NCBI GenBank assembly: GCA_902511005.1
Contig: CABXDN010000002.1
Span: 77,595 to 141,594, forward strand
DNA: 64,000 bases
Reading direction: 5' to 3'
Source of the DNA: an uncultured Candidatus Poseidoniales archaeon
Lineage (GTDB): Archaea > Thermoplasmatota > Poseidoniia > Poseidoniales > Thalassarchaeaceae
Positions 20,045-31,100 of this stretch are shown here, piece after piece; within the stretch, counting starts at the first letter, position 1, and each line of letters starts with the position of its first letter. A model generated the notes under the pieces. It ran no database searches. It worked only from the letters and a program-made list of their open reading frames with translations, and was not told where the DNA came from. A program made the translations under genes and the position numbers.

Positions 20045-20776
20045 TTATGACTCTGGCTCTGACTGGAATTTAGCGTAAGCAAGAAATTCCATCAAGGCCA
20101 CACGCATTGGGGTTAAAGGCCTCCAACCTTCTTCTCTACCTGCATTTTGCATTGCTTCATGCAGAGGTTTTAGATCCGGTCGGAGCCTTTTTCCTTCGTA
20201 TTGAATAGCTGCCGGACTTGGTATGCCAGAAAGTGATTCTACTGTATGAGAATTTGTGATAGCATTCGTAAATCGATGCCATAGCAAATTTATTTCAGAA
20301 ATCACTGCATCAGGAGTCCAGGCTCTTCTGCCGCACAAATCAATCACTCCTTGTGCGAAAGCATCAGTATCTGCCATAACCAATAATGAAACTGCATCGG
20401 TAGTATCTCGAATATGTACCCAATGCTTAGGTTTTATCTCAGGAGTCAAGTCTAATGACTCGACCCTAATCCACTCTACCCAATCTTCAACATCAATTGG
20501 ACCCCATCCTTGACTGCCTTCAGGTATCATCAAATCATGGATTCTAATAATAAGACCTGCATTTTTAATTTGATCTAAATTACCACTACGTGGATCATCA
20601 TTTTCTGCAATAATAGCTACGTCGACTAAATCATTTGTAGCGTATTGGCCAAGTCCTACCGTAATATCTGCTTCAGCTGAATCATGAGTAAATATAGCAC
20701 CGGCTCTCTCCAGCCTATCCTTTAATGCGTGAAAGAAATTATCTTTCTCCCCTAGAAGAGCAATCTTCTTCGACAT
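20045..20776 (-). CDS. Hypothetical protein, degenerate NAD-dependent epimerase-like fold
   Basis: KHWVHIRD and terminal GWRPLTPMRVAL resemble extended-SDR C-terminal motifs; no clear Rossmann GxxGxxG. Confidence 0.5.
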   Translation of the reverse strand: MSKKIALLGEKDNFFHALKDRLERAGAIFTHDSAEADITVGLGQYATNDLVDVAIIAENDDPRSGNLDQIKNAGLIIRIHDLMIPEGSQGWGPIDVEDWVEWIRVESLDLTPEIKPKHWVHIRDTTDAVSLLVMADTDAFAQGVIDLCGRRAWTPDAVISEINLLWHRFTNAITNSHTVESLSGIPSPAAIQYEGKRLRPDLKPLHEAMQNAGREEGWRPLTPMRVALMEFLAYAKFQSEPES

Positions 20777-20811
20777 ACAGCACCTAAACTTGGCGAGTAG
20801 GGTCTAAAGTA

Positions 20812-22317
20812 TCATACTGCCGCAAGAAGTTCTTTTTCAGCAAAAGCAATCAAACAATCTCTGACAACATCGATTACTAAATCTATTTCTTTAGAAGTAA
20901 TGCCAAAATGAGGTGTGAAACGTAATGCATTTTGACCACCATGGATAACTCCAAGACCATTTATTCTGCACCATTCTTCTACACAATCAAATCCTACAAC
21001 AGGTAATCTCTCTGGATCAAGTTCAGCGCATAAAAGAAGACCTGAACCTTGGACTAGATGTATATCATTTGGAAATTCATGCTTCAATACATTGAGCTTC
21101 TCGACAAATTCTTCGCCTCTTTCGAGAATATTTGCACGCATTTCAGGAGTTACCTTACTCAAAACTTCAACTGCAGTTTCAAGAGCACGGGGATTGGTCG
21201 TCATAGTATTTCCATAAATTCCTACTACATACAATTCAGCTGCACGTTCGGACAATCCAAGGACTGAAAGAGGATACTGACCTGCATTTAGAGCTTTAGA
21301 CCAAGTTTCTAGATCGGGAACTTCAGCAGTTTGGAAACCAGGATAGTCAACAATTGAGAGACATCCTTTACCACGGAATCCTGCCTGGATTGAATCAACA
21401 AGCAACATACTCCCATGCTCAGTTGTTAATCTACGCGCTTCATCGTAGAATTCTCGGCTGATATCTTGCCCTGGTGAGCCTTCTCCTTGCACTGGCTCCA
21501 AAGCCATTAGTTCAATGAAGAAACCTTCTAAATCTGCTCTATGAAATGCTGATTGTAAGTCTGCAATATTATTTGGCTCAACAATAATTATACTCTCACG
21601 ATCACGGAAAGTTGCAAGATTTTTGATATATTTTGTTTTACAAGAATCTGAAATTGTCGCAGGTCTCTGTGTGCGCCCATGAAATGCTTGCTTCAAAGCA
21701 ATCTTCTTGATTGGTTTTCCTTCATAACGCCCTCCATGGCCAGTCATTTGCTGTGCGTTAACGTCGGCAATCCTCATACCTATTGTTACAGATTCGGAAC
21801 CACTATTCATACAAACAAATTTTGAGAATGGGCATTCACCGCGAGAATAACCTACTTCTTTACGAAGTGCTGCTGCAAGTCTTTTTTGACTGAATGATGC
21901 TGTCATTATGTTGGCCATAACCCAATTTTTTGACATAACGCCAATTATATCGTCTGGCCCGTGACCTCCTCCGAGCATACCATATCCTCCATTATCATGC
22001 AATACGGCACCATGAGATGTCACAATCCAGGGACCACGCGCTGCAATTGCAACATACGGATTTACAGTAGCGGGATTGTAAAAGTTGATGTAATCTGATT
22101 GTAAATGTGTGATTAAATCGGATTCATCCATCATCATGTACTCAGAACCAAACTCATCGAGATGTTGGTGATGAATTTGTGAGGCTTCTGAAACTGCCCG
22201 AATTAAACTTGGATCATCGTTTGCAAAACTGGTAACGATTTCGTCTTTCAAACCTACAGTTTGTTGATTTCCAGTATTGGCGCGGATTTCCGCCAGTTGA
22301 GCGAGTACATCTGACAT
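20812..22317 (-). CDS. Class III PLP aminotransferase, L-lysine 6-aminotransferase-like
   Basis: NSGSES, FHGRT, EPVQGEG, DSIQAG, WSKALNAG; N-terminus PYVAIAARGPW..GGYGMLG resembles bacterial Lat. Confidence 0.8.
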   Translation of the reverse strand: MSDVLAQLAEIRANTGNQQTVGLKDEIVTSFANDDPSLIRAVSEASQIHHQHLDEFGSEYMMMDESDLITHLQSDYINFYNPATVNPYVAIAARGPWIVTSHGAVLHDNGGYGMLGGGHGPDDIIGVMSKNWVMANIMTASFSQKRLAAALRKEVGYSRGECPFSKFVCMNSGSESVTIGMRIADVNAQQMTGHGGRYEGKPIKKIALKQAFHGRTQRPATISDSCKTKYIKNLATFRDRESIIIVEPNNIADLQSAFHRADLEGFFIELMALEPVQGEGSPGQDISREFYDEARRLTTEHGSMLLVDSIQAGFRGKGCLSIVDYPGFQTAEVPDLETWSKALNAGQYPLSVLGLSERAAELYVVGIYGNTMTTNPRALETAVEVLSKVTPEMRANILERGEEFVEKLNVLKHEFPNDIHLVQGSGLLLCAELDPERLPVVGFDCVEEWCRINGLGVIHGGQNALRFTPHFGITSKEIDLVIDVVRDCLIAFAEKELLAAV

Positions 22318-22601
22318 GAACTTCGGACGGAGGTGACACTCATCAATATATGCCGTATTAGATTAAAATATTGTTCTTTAAATTGATTTTAAATTAATCG
22401 AAATATTGGAAAAAGTCAATTTCCGATAATCATACATAAAATTAAACTAACTTTAGTTTTTCAATTGAAATTTTTAATTATAACTAAAAAAATCAATTGG
22501 ATTATCAGTCTCAACTAGCGCATAGTATAAGTGCTAATTCCACGACTCAGACTCAGGAGACACGCGACGGGATGCACCACTCCAACAATTGAGGAACAAA
22601 T

Positions 22602-23189
22602 ATGAACGAAGAAATAAGAATACAAGAGCTACTACAAAGAGACGTATATGTGGGAGAAACATTGGTTGGGACGATCACAGGAGAAAGATTCCATCCAAGA
22701 GACGAATGTGTACAATCAGTGAGGATTCAAGTGACTGACGATGTCGCTGGAGAATACATGAGAAAACCTGCAGAATATGCACCACTCTCGAAAGAATTGG
22801 TCCACAGTGTCAGACCAGATGGTAGCGTGAAACTAACTAAATCTATTCGAGAATTACAAAGAAGATGGAGAAATACAGTTAGAATCAATGAAAAACTCTA
22901 CGCACCAGATGAATTAATGGATAGAGCAGTATTAGATAATGATGGTATTGACATCGGTAATGTAATTGAAATGAAGAAAACAAAAAGAACATTCAAGGGA
23001 GTTGTAGTAAAGACTCACTTTACTGTAAGAAACAGGTACAACCTTCCAGAAACCATCGTAGTTCCTGTAGCACAATTAGGTCGAACTACAGCTCGTTTAG
23101 ATGAAGTTATACTGAGATGCTCTACAAAGCGCCTAGTAACCCTGCCTACATACCTGAAACTTAATGATCCAAACTTCGAAGAAGAGTGA
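22602..23189 (+). CDS. Tandem PRC-barrel domain protein
   Basis: ELLQRDVYVGETLVGTI and ELMDRAVLDNDGIDIGNV repeats; SD-like GAGG upstream. Confidence 0.65.
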   Translation: MNEEIRIQELLQRDVYVGETLVGTITGERFHPRDECVQSVRIQVTDDVAGEYMRKPAEYAPLSKELVHSVRPDGSVKLTKSIRELQRRWRNTVRINEKLYAPDELMDRAVLDNDGIDIGNVIEMKKTKRTFKGVVVKTHFTVRNRYNLPETIVVPVAQLGRTTARLDEVILRCSTKRLVTLPTYLKLNDPNFEEE

Positions 23190-23233
23190 TTATTGTTCAT
23201 TTGAAGCAATATAGTATCCACTGAAAGAAATAA

Positions 23234-23311
23234 TGGTGGGCATGACAGGATTTGAACCTGTGGCCTCCCCGTTATCAGCGGGGTGCTCCAGCCAAACTAA
23301 GCTACACGCCC
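23234..23311 (-). tRNA. tRNA-Ile(GAT), CCA encoded
   Basis: Reverse complement GGGCGTG...CCCCG-CTGATAA-CGGGG...GTTCAAATC...CATGCCCACCA cloverleaf. Confidence 0.95.
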
Positions 23312-23441
23312 TAAAGCAGAGTCGGCGAAATCAAGTCCTATTTTGAATATGTCCCTTGTCTAATCATAGGTTTCTATCACTAACTTGTTCAATTTATTTG
23401 CGGCAGAGTCATGAAGTACCGGCTCGTCCAGCGGCTTACAC

Positions 23442-24371
23442 ATGGTGGTCGTGAGTGGTTCTTCGGGCCGTGATGTAGCAGAAGCTCTGGCTCCATTGTT
23501 AGGCATGCAGTACGTCGAACTAGTTACTCGAAGATTCCCTGATAGTGAAGGATATGTACGCGTTCCAGAGGAAGCAATAGACGTAATTCGTTCAGAACCT
23601 GTAGTTTTAGTCTCGAATACATATCCAGATTCTGGAATTCTTCAAACTATTCTACTTCTGGAAGCGATTGGGGATGTCCGGAAAGGAGACCTAGAAAATC
23701 TAAAGGGAATTGAACCACAAAGTATGGAAGATGTAGGCCCTGGTGTATATCTGGCAATACCTTACTATGGTTATTCAAGACAAGATAAACGCTTCTCAAA
23801 GGGAGAAGTCATCTCTGCTAAAGTAATTGCAGAACTATTTGCAAGAAGTTGTGACGGCATGGTAATTCTAGATTTACATGCACCTGCTGTTCTCGAAGAT
23901 ATGGACTTCCCAGTTAAATTCGTTAGCGCTATGCCAGAAGTTGCAGAAAGACTTGCAAATGTCGTAAAACCTGATTTCATACTAAGTCCAGATAAAGGGG
24001 CTATTAGTAGAGCTACAGAAGTTGCTAATCTTATAGGATGTGAATTTAGCTATCTAGAGAAAACAAGAATTGACGCACATACTATTGAGCATACACCAAA
24101 AGATCTCGATGTCAATGGAAAGGTCGTGGCGATAGTCGACGACATGATTAGTACTGGCGGAACAATTTGTAGAGCAAGTGATGCTTTGCGCCGCCAAGGA
24201 GCAAAAGAAGTTCATGCAGCTTGCACTCATGGATTATTTACTGGCGGAGCGATATCTCGCTTAGCAAACCACGTGGATGGGGTACACAGTACCGATTCAC
24301 TACCAAATCCGAGAGCGGTTGTGAGCGCTGCACCAGCATTAGCTAGAGGATTAAAGGAACTATTAGATTGA
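23442..24371 (+). CDS. prs: Ribose-phosphate pyrophosphokinase
   Basis: RFPDSEGYVR, PYYGYSRQDK, DLH, SPDKGA, IVDDMISTGGT. Confidence 0.95.
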   Translation: MVVVSGSSGRDVAEALAPLLGMQYVELVTRRFPDSEGYVRVPEEAIDVIRSEPVVLVSNTYPDSGILQTILLLEAIGDVRKGDLENLKGIEPQSMEDVGPGVYLAIPYYGYSRQDKRFSKGEVISAKVIAELFARSCDGMVILDLHAPAVLEDMDFPVKFVSAMPEVAERLANVVKPDFILSPDKGAISRATEVANLIGCEFSYLEKTRIDAHTIEHTPKDLDVNGKVVAIVDDMISTGGTICRASDALRRQGAKEVHAACTHGLFTGGAISRLANHVDGVHSTDSLPNPRAVVSAAPALARGLKELLD

Positions 24372-24487
24372 ACTTTCGATTGCCGAAATTTCATTAATTT
24401 ACAATAATCATTCGTGCATTTATTATCCGTTCCGTTTATATGACCCACGTCCTGCGCCGACTTACCCCAACATGAGGAGTCGTTCCA

Positions 24488-24868
24488 ATGAGTGTACATA
24501 TAGCGTTTGAAACCCCACAAGACGTACAAGAGCAAGTCTATGAGATGGTAAAATCTCTAGGTAAAGATGGTAGAGGGCGCCTAAAGAAAGGCGCTAACGA
24601 AGTTACCAAGGCTGCAGAGCGCGGGACTGCTCAAATGATTGTAATGGCTGAGAACGTTAATCCTGGAGAACTTCTAGCGCACATCCCTATGATTTGCAAG
24701 GAGAAATCAATACCATTCATTTACGTAAACGATCAAGCATACTTAGCAGAAGCTGCTGGTATGACTACTGGAACACGTACTGCAGCAATTGCAGTTATGT
24801 CAGTAGAAAAAGATGGAATGGACAGATTCAATGAAGTCAAGTCTCACTATGAGACAATGACTGCGTGA
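24488..24868 (+). CDS. rpl7ae: 50S ribosomal protein L7Ae (eL8)
   Basis: LKKGANEVTKAAERG, HIPMICKEKSIPFIYV; SD GAGGAG. Confidence 0.96.
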   Translation: MSVHIAFETPQDVQEQVYEMVKSLGKDGRGRLKKGANEVTKAAERGTAQMIVMAENVNPGELLAHIPMICKEKSIPFIYVNDQAYLAEAAGMTTGTRTAAIAVMSVEKDGMDRFNEVKSHYETMTA

Positions 24869-24899
24869 ATTTTCTAAAGGATAACTGGAGGAAAAAAAT

Positions 24900-25115
24900 A
24901 TGGCAGTAGAATCATGGCCAGCAGAGGTCGTAGAAATTGTCGGCCGTACCGGTATGACTGGTGAAGCAACTCAAGTTAAGGTCCGTGTAGATGACTCAAA
25001 CAATCCACGTGACATTGGACGTATCATTTCTCGTAACGTAGTCGGACCAGTCCGTGTTGGAGATATTTTGATGTTAAGAGATACAGGTCGTGAAGCACGA
25101 CGTCTAGGACGCTGA
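24900..25115 (+). CDS. rps28e: 30S ribosomal protein eS28
   Basis: [32 protein letters not shown]. Confidence 0.97.
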   Translation: MAVESWPAEVVEIVGRTGMTGEATQVKVRVDDSNNPRDIGRIISRNVVGPVRVGDILMLRDTGREARRLGR

Positions 25116-25126
25116 GGTGAATTAAG

Positions 25127-25318
25127 GTGCCAGAGCGTAGAATATGCAGTTTCTCACACGAAGAGATTGAACCAGGTACAGGCATTATGTTTGTTAAGAG
25201 AGATGGTTCAGTACTTTGGTTCAAGGACAGTAAGGCTCGAAAGAACATGCTGAAGCTTGGCCGTAACCCACGCAGAATGAAGTGGACGCGCCGATATGTT
25301 AAGGGCGGAATAAACTGA
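25127..25318 (+). CDS. rpl24e: 50S ribosomal protein eL24
   Basis: CSFSHEEIEPGTGIMFVKRDG, RNPRRMKWT; SD GAGGTGA. Confidence 0.96.
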   Translation: MPERRICSFSHEEIEPGTGIMFVKRDGSVLWFKDSKARKNMLKLGRNPRRMKWTRRYVKGGIN

Positions 25319-25337
25319 TTCTTTTCCGATCGATTAT

Positions 25338-25535
25338 ATGGAAAAAGAAGGAAATAATATAGACGGTGAAAACTTTAGAGAAATAATGACTCTCTTAAGA
25401 AAAGTATTGAGCATATATGTTCATGAAGGTGAAGAAAGAAGAAGAGAAGAAGAAGAATATGAGTTGTATAAGGAACAATACCCTTTCGACGAATATTACC
25501 ACTTCAAAGAAGAATTCAAATGTGAATGGGAATAA
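25338..25535 (+). CDS. Small acidic hypothetical protein
   Basis: 65-aa ATG ORF, Glu-rich, 19 nt after rpl24e. Confidence 0.5.
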   Translation: MEKEGNNIDGENFREIMTLLRKVLSIYVHEGEERRREEEEYELYKEQYPFDEYYHFKEEFKCEWE

Positions 25536-25638
25536 GATAAGTGAAAAGAAACTATGATTATTCTAGGTAATTATATAATTACACAAGCGCAAAGTTAAGT
25601 TACCTTGTTTAATCGGGTCTATCTTAACAGGAAGAAAT

Positions 25639-27060
25639 ATGCTCGAAAAAATCAATTCAGAATCATTGGCAATTGCTAGTCCAGATAGTGAAAAAAAGTA
25701 TAACCAATTTTTCACACCTCATGAAATTGCTAGATTTATGGGCTCTATGTTTTCCTTCTCAAGGAAAAAATCAATCAGATTACTAGACGCTGGCTCAGGG
25801 ACAGGAATCCTAGGAATTAGTGCGGCGATTCATGCTATTGAAAGTGAGGTATCAAAAGTACATCTTATATGTATTGAGACTGAAAAAAAGTCATTGAAAT
25901 TGCTTCGTTCGAATTTAAAGAGCTTGCAAAAACAAAATGCAAATTTCACATTCGAAATTTTAGAGAAAGATTATTTGCAAGAGAACGATATGGGTAATTT
26001 TGATTACATCATCTCAAATCCACCTTATGAAAAAATTAGTCCTGAAATAAACCATGGAGGTATTAGTCCGAATATGTATTCAAGGTTCATGGAAGTATCC
26101 ATTGATCTGCTTAGTTCAAATGGACAAATGGTATTCATTGTTCCAAGAAGTTTTACAAATGGAGTATATTTCAAGAATTTTAGGGAAAATCTTCTGACCA
26201 AATTATCAATAACTCAAATTCACTTATTCCATTCAAGAAGGAAGATTTTCAACCAACAGGTGCAGCAAGAAACGATGATAATTTCTCTAGAGAAAAATTG
26301 TGACTCAAGGTTTGTATCAATAACATCTAGCGAAAATCGGGAAGATTTGCACAAAGGTATTGGAATCAATATCTATCGTGAACTAGTGGAATTGGGTAGG
26401 AAAAACGACCACAGGATTGCGATTCCAACAACAAAGAGAGATGTCGAAATATTGGAATTATTCAATTCTTGGAAAGGTCGATTTGACGATCATGGAATAG
26501 TGATATCTACTGGTCCTGTAGTGCCCTTCCGATCTAAGAAATTCTTGAGGAAAACATCAACAAAGGGGAGTTCTTATCCAATGATTTGGCCAGCAAATGT
26601 TAGTCTTCAAGGAATAGACTGGCCAAAGAAAGAGTCCAAGAAGAAGCAATATATTACTTCCTCTGCAACTGATAGAATTGTACCAAATCAGAACTATGTA
26701 ATAATGAAGAGATTCACTTCAAAGGATGAAGACAAACGGCTGTACACATGCTCTCTGAAAGCAGGGTCTTTACCTGGCGATTACATAGGTCTAGAAAACC
26801 ATCTTAATTACATCCATACGGACGAAAAGAAAATGAATTTCACCTTGTGTAAAGGAATTTCATTTATGCTCAATACTACTTTATTTGACAATTACATCCG
26901 AATTGTGAATGGGCAAACACAAATCAATGCTACTGATTTGACAAATCTACCAATACCAGAATTACAACTCATCAAGAAGTTGGGAAAGTGTAAATCGAAA
27001 AGCGGGGATTATTCAAAAAATCTTGAAAGATTATTGAATTCAGGAATTCGTACGACGTGA
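25639..27060 (+). CDS. Type II N6-adenine DNA methyltransferase, gamma class (M.BsuBI/M.PstI-like)
   Basis: QFFTP, motif I LLDAGSGTG before motif IV NPPY, GPVVPFR, KRFTSKDEDKR, GLENHLNY, NGQTQINATDL. Confidence 0.92.
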   Translation: MLEKINSESLAIASPDSEKKYNQFFTPHEIARFMGSMFSFSRKKSIRLLDAGSGTGILGISAAIHAIESEVSKVHLICIETEKKSLKLLRSNLKSLQKQNANFTFEILEKDYLQENDMGNFDYIISNPPYEKISPEINHGGISPNMYSRFMEVSIDLLSSNGQMVFIVPRSFTNGVYFKNFRENLLTKLSITQIHLFHSRRKIFNQQVQQETMIISLEKNCDSRFVSITSSENREDLHKGIGINIYRELVELGRKNDHRIAIPTTKRDVEILELFNSWKGRFDDHGIVISTGPVVPFRSKKFLRKTSTKGSSYPMIWPANVSLQGIDWPKKESKKKQYITSSATDRIVPNQNYVIMKRFTSKDEDKRLYTCSLKAGSLPGDYIGLENHLNYIHTDEKKMNFTLCKGISFMLNTTLFDNYIRIVNGQTQINATDLTNLPIPELQLIKKLGKCKSKSGDYSKNLERLLNSGIRTT

Positions 27061-27066
27061 TTATAT

Positions 27067-28083
27067 ATGGGAATTGAGGCAAATATACTAAAAATCTCCA
27101 AACAACAAGGGGATATTGAAAGTTTTGGCACTCACGAAGTCCCAGACGTTTTGCAAGAGATTTCATTTTCCAGAGTCGTTGAGGCCATGAATCTTCTAGA
27201 CTGCAATAATGATAGGATACATCGAGTATTATTCTCCCTCTTAGATAATGTTCGTCCATCTTGGTATAGAGCTGCCAGAGAAAACGGATTACATTTTTCA
27301 GATGGAGCTCAACAGGCACACATTTCATGCCATATTGGAATTTTACAGGAAAACAATCCAGACCAACGAAGAAAAATTGACAGGGAACACGTAAGAGATG
27401 AGGCTATATTTCCGCTCATTAGACTTGGGATTATTGAAAGAGTATTTCATGACTCTGGAGAGTTCTTGTCTGGACATTTGCGCGCCAACTCGGGCAGTAA
27501 TTGCTACAGATTGACTCAAACGTTCATTAGGGTGCTGCAAGCAAACGCTGAAGATCTAAGATCAAAACTCGAAGAATGGTCGGGTATGGATAATGAAATA
27601 CAAAGAGCCATTATGTCTGCGGATGCATTGTCAGCATCGACAGAGAGAATAGGCTCACCTCATGCTAACCTGATACAGGATATTGTTGAGATTTATGTTC
27701 CAAATTTTCTTCTCGGTTTTCAAGTGGTTTATATCGATGTAGGTGATGGTACGAGAGTGACAGATGGTGATACAAGATGTTTGGCAGATGCTGGCTTAGG
27801 AATAGAACGCGGTGATGCATTTCCGGATGTACTACTTTGGAATCCAGAAACAGATGAATTATGGGTAATCGAAGCGGTAGTTAGTGATGGAGAAGTTGAT
27901 TTCCACAAAGTTCAGAGGATGAATAGTTACTGTGAGAGGTATGGTAAATCAGGGGTTAATTATACCACAGTCTACGAGGACTGGACCAAATGCGGGAGGA
28001 GGCAGAATCGACATCGAAATATTCACCCTAGCTCGTATTTGTGGATTAGAAATGATCCCTCAAAGCACTTTCTTTGCGAGTAG
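27067..28083 (+). CDS. BsuBI/PstI-family type II restriction endonuclease
   Basis: PHANLIQDIVEIYVPNF, FPDVLL..WVIEAVVSDG (PD..ExxxS), WIRNDPSKH; directly follows the MTase. Confidence 0.85.
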   Translation: MGIEANILKISKQQGDIESFGTHEVPDVLQEISFSRVVEAMNLLDCNNDRIHRVLFSLLDNVRPSWYRAARENGLHFSDGAQQAHISCHIGILQENNPDQRRKIDREHVRDEAIFPLIRLGIIERVFHDSGEFLSGHLRANSGSNCYRLTQTFIRVLQANAEDLRSKLEEWSGMDNEIQRAIMSADALSASTERIGSPHANLIQDIVEIYVPNFLLGFQVVYIDVGDGTRVTDGDTRCLADAGLGIERGDAFPDVLLWNPETDELWVIEAVVSDGEVDFHKVQRMNSYCERYGKSGVNYTTVYEDWTKCGRRQNRHRNIHPSSYLWIRNDPSKHFLCE

Positions 28084-28150
28084 ACCATAGAAATGAACTC
28101 TGTGACAGAGATGGTTGTGCGAACGAGACAAAATTATAAAATTGGAACCA

Positions 28151-31100
28151 TTACTCATGTTCAGAGCCTTCATTATCACTAGAAAGCATGTTTAGCAACC
28201 TTTCCATTTGAGAACCACTAGGAGCCTTGATTAATGAGGGGGAACGTTTTGAGAAATTACTAGGATATGGTTGTAATTGTAATTCGACAGATGTATCAAT
28301 TTTTCCAACATATGTGCCACCTTTACCTCTCTGATAGGTAACACATCTGCCATCAATATCATGGTAAACCGCTCCAGCCTTTTTCATTTCTTCTAAAACC
28401 GAAGCAATGTCAATATGATCTTTATTAAGAATACGCATTCTACTAAGATTACCACTGGAATTTTGCTTTTTAATAAAAGGAATCCAATCACTAGAAACTG
28501 AAAATTTCCCACCCTCTACTCGTCCTTTCACAGGATCCCCAATATCGATATTTGACCAATCAATATCTAAATTACGAGGCCCCCATTTAATCTCAGATTC
28601 TTCTTGTTCTTGAGGTTGTTTATCTTCTAAATTCCAGTGCCAATATTTAATCACATCATCTGAAATACGTTCTCGGAAATCAATATTCTCAAAGAATCTT
28701 GTCTCTGTTGTATCTCGTGCATAAAGAACCCAGAAATCACTTTCTTTCTTACCATCTTTAGTTCTTAAAATTCGTCCTAATCTCTGAATTATTGTTCTCA
28801 GAGAACTAGTTGGTATCCTGACAATTCCTACATCTACTGCTGGAACATCAAGTCCTTCATCAAGTTTCTTTGCAGAGAAAACCACATTAATTATATCCTT
28901 TCTTAAAATATCTAGGGTCATTCTATCTCGATATTTAGCTCTTCTACTATGAACACTACTTGGACGGTAATATGTAGTCTCAAGCATATTTCTAATATCC
29001 CCTCCTGAAGGATACATGGCATCCTGAATCTGACTTATCCTTTCTTGGAATACTAATGCCTTTTTACCAGTAGAATTACCAGCATTAACTAAAGTTTTCT
29101 TCAATATATGTTCAAAACATGCTTGACGATTTTGAAGACCCTCTCCTTGAAGACCATGAGAAAGTAAATCCTTACGTTCCCTAATTCCTTCGAAGTAATC
29201 TTTGAGACCTGGTATCTTTATGCCCTCAGAAGAAAGTGTATTGATTTTGACCTCAAAACCCCCCCTCATACGATCTAAGCGGTGACCTACTGCATCTATG
29301 ATTTTCTTCCTAGAACGGCTTATTTTGTCACTATAAATTTTATATTTGTTTCTCTCACTTGGACTGAGATCAAAACCAACAAGATTGATTGAGAAGTCTG
29401 GAATCAGTCGATCATCTCTCGCCCTTTCATATCCATAAAAATATAATCTTTCACCCAAATAACCCGACACTATCAGTTTATCATCTTCAGATTCAAGTTT
29501 ACCTACATCAATATCATCTTTCTCTCCTAGTGGAGTAGCTGATAGACCTAACTTTGCATCCTCTTCTCGAATATACCACTCTAATGACTTACGGAATTTT
29601 TCACCTCTAAATCTATGGCATTCATCGGCTATTACTAATAATTTACCTGGATCGGGAATACCTGCAGAGATTAACCTTTCATGCACATACTCTAACGATA
29701 ACGAATTAACAATTCCTAATACTACTCGAGTCTGTTCCTTTTCAGACATAGAACCATGATTATTATCACCAATCAGAGAAACATATTTTGGTCCAATATT
29801 CAAATATTTAGCTAATTCACTGTACCACTGATGTAAAAGCACCTCAGTTGGAACAATAATCAAAGCTTTATTCTGAGGATCATTGTCTAAGAACTGTTTA
29901 ATTATCTGTATTGCAAAAACTGTCTTACCCGCACCGGTTACAACCTCAGCTATTCCACTACGAGGTTGAATCTGTTTGATGGTTCCATCGGAAAGTTTCG
30001 CATTTCCTTTCCACCAAGCTTCAACCGCTTCATCCTGCCACTCATATGGTGTAAAATCAGAAGGATAGGTAAAAGCAGGACGCTCTGAATCTAGATTCTT
30101 AGACATTATTTCTTTATTGAATTCAGGTATAGTTAGTTGTAATAGAGATTTAATTTCATCTTTAGAACCGCCATTATCTTTCATCCATTGAAGATATTCT
30201 ATGAATTTGAATGCATTACGTTTACCGCCCCATCTTAAAGAAGTAATGATGGGGTCATCTTTGTCAGTTTCTAGAATCTCGGCTGCTCTCCTCTGATAAT
30301 AAACGGATAATTTAAGATTTTCACCATCTTTAAATATACTTTCACCGGTCCATTTAGACCGTCTTGGTTGGGCAAGTCCTGCTTCTAATATCTTATTTAG
30401 TGAAAGAAGTTCCCATGTTGTGTTACCCCATCTATCTAATTTTTTATCTGTCATATCATCTACTCTAAATAAAGGCCAGACTGTTCCATTCAAACGATGT
30501 TCCTGTTTCTTTCTTGATTTTGAAGCTTGATATATGTGAGATTGATATCTATCTCCCCAAATTGCCTCTTGAATCCTGCACATTGATTCATTGAAAGTTC
30601 TAGTATTAGCTCTTGTCAAACCACCAGTTCGAGACGTTTGGCTCTCTATATGTGCCGATGCAATAGCCCATTGACCAAAAATTTCATCTTGCAAATAATT
30701 TTTCATATTTTTATCAATAAAACCTTCTTTTTCAGACCACTCTAATATGTCTCCAAAATGTATCTGTTCTGCATAACTTATTGGACACCAATCTTTCCTG
30801 AAAGGCGGGCACCGAGAATATTGGTCGTCTACATTGATATATCCCTGCTCACCTGATTTAACAAGACCTGCTCTAACTAACATCTCTAATACAAGACTCA
30901 CTCTTCTGTTAGTATACTTAGGATTAGTATGATAACTGAATTTTTTCTGCATTGAGGCCCAGATTTCAGATTTCTTAACCCAACTAGTTTTAGAAATAGA
31001 ATTAAGCATGTCACGCAGGGAATATATTAATTCCCATTCTTGACCAGTGAACCACATTGATTTGATACAATTTATTGCAAATAACTTATCTTTTTCTCCC

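Noticed and set aside
23234-23311. tRNA genes as integration sites
   Set aside because: No duplicated tRNA 3' ends or adjacent integrase seen for either tRNA
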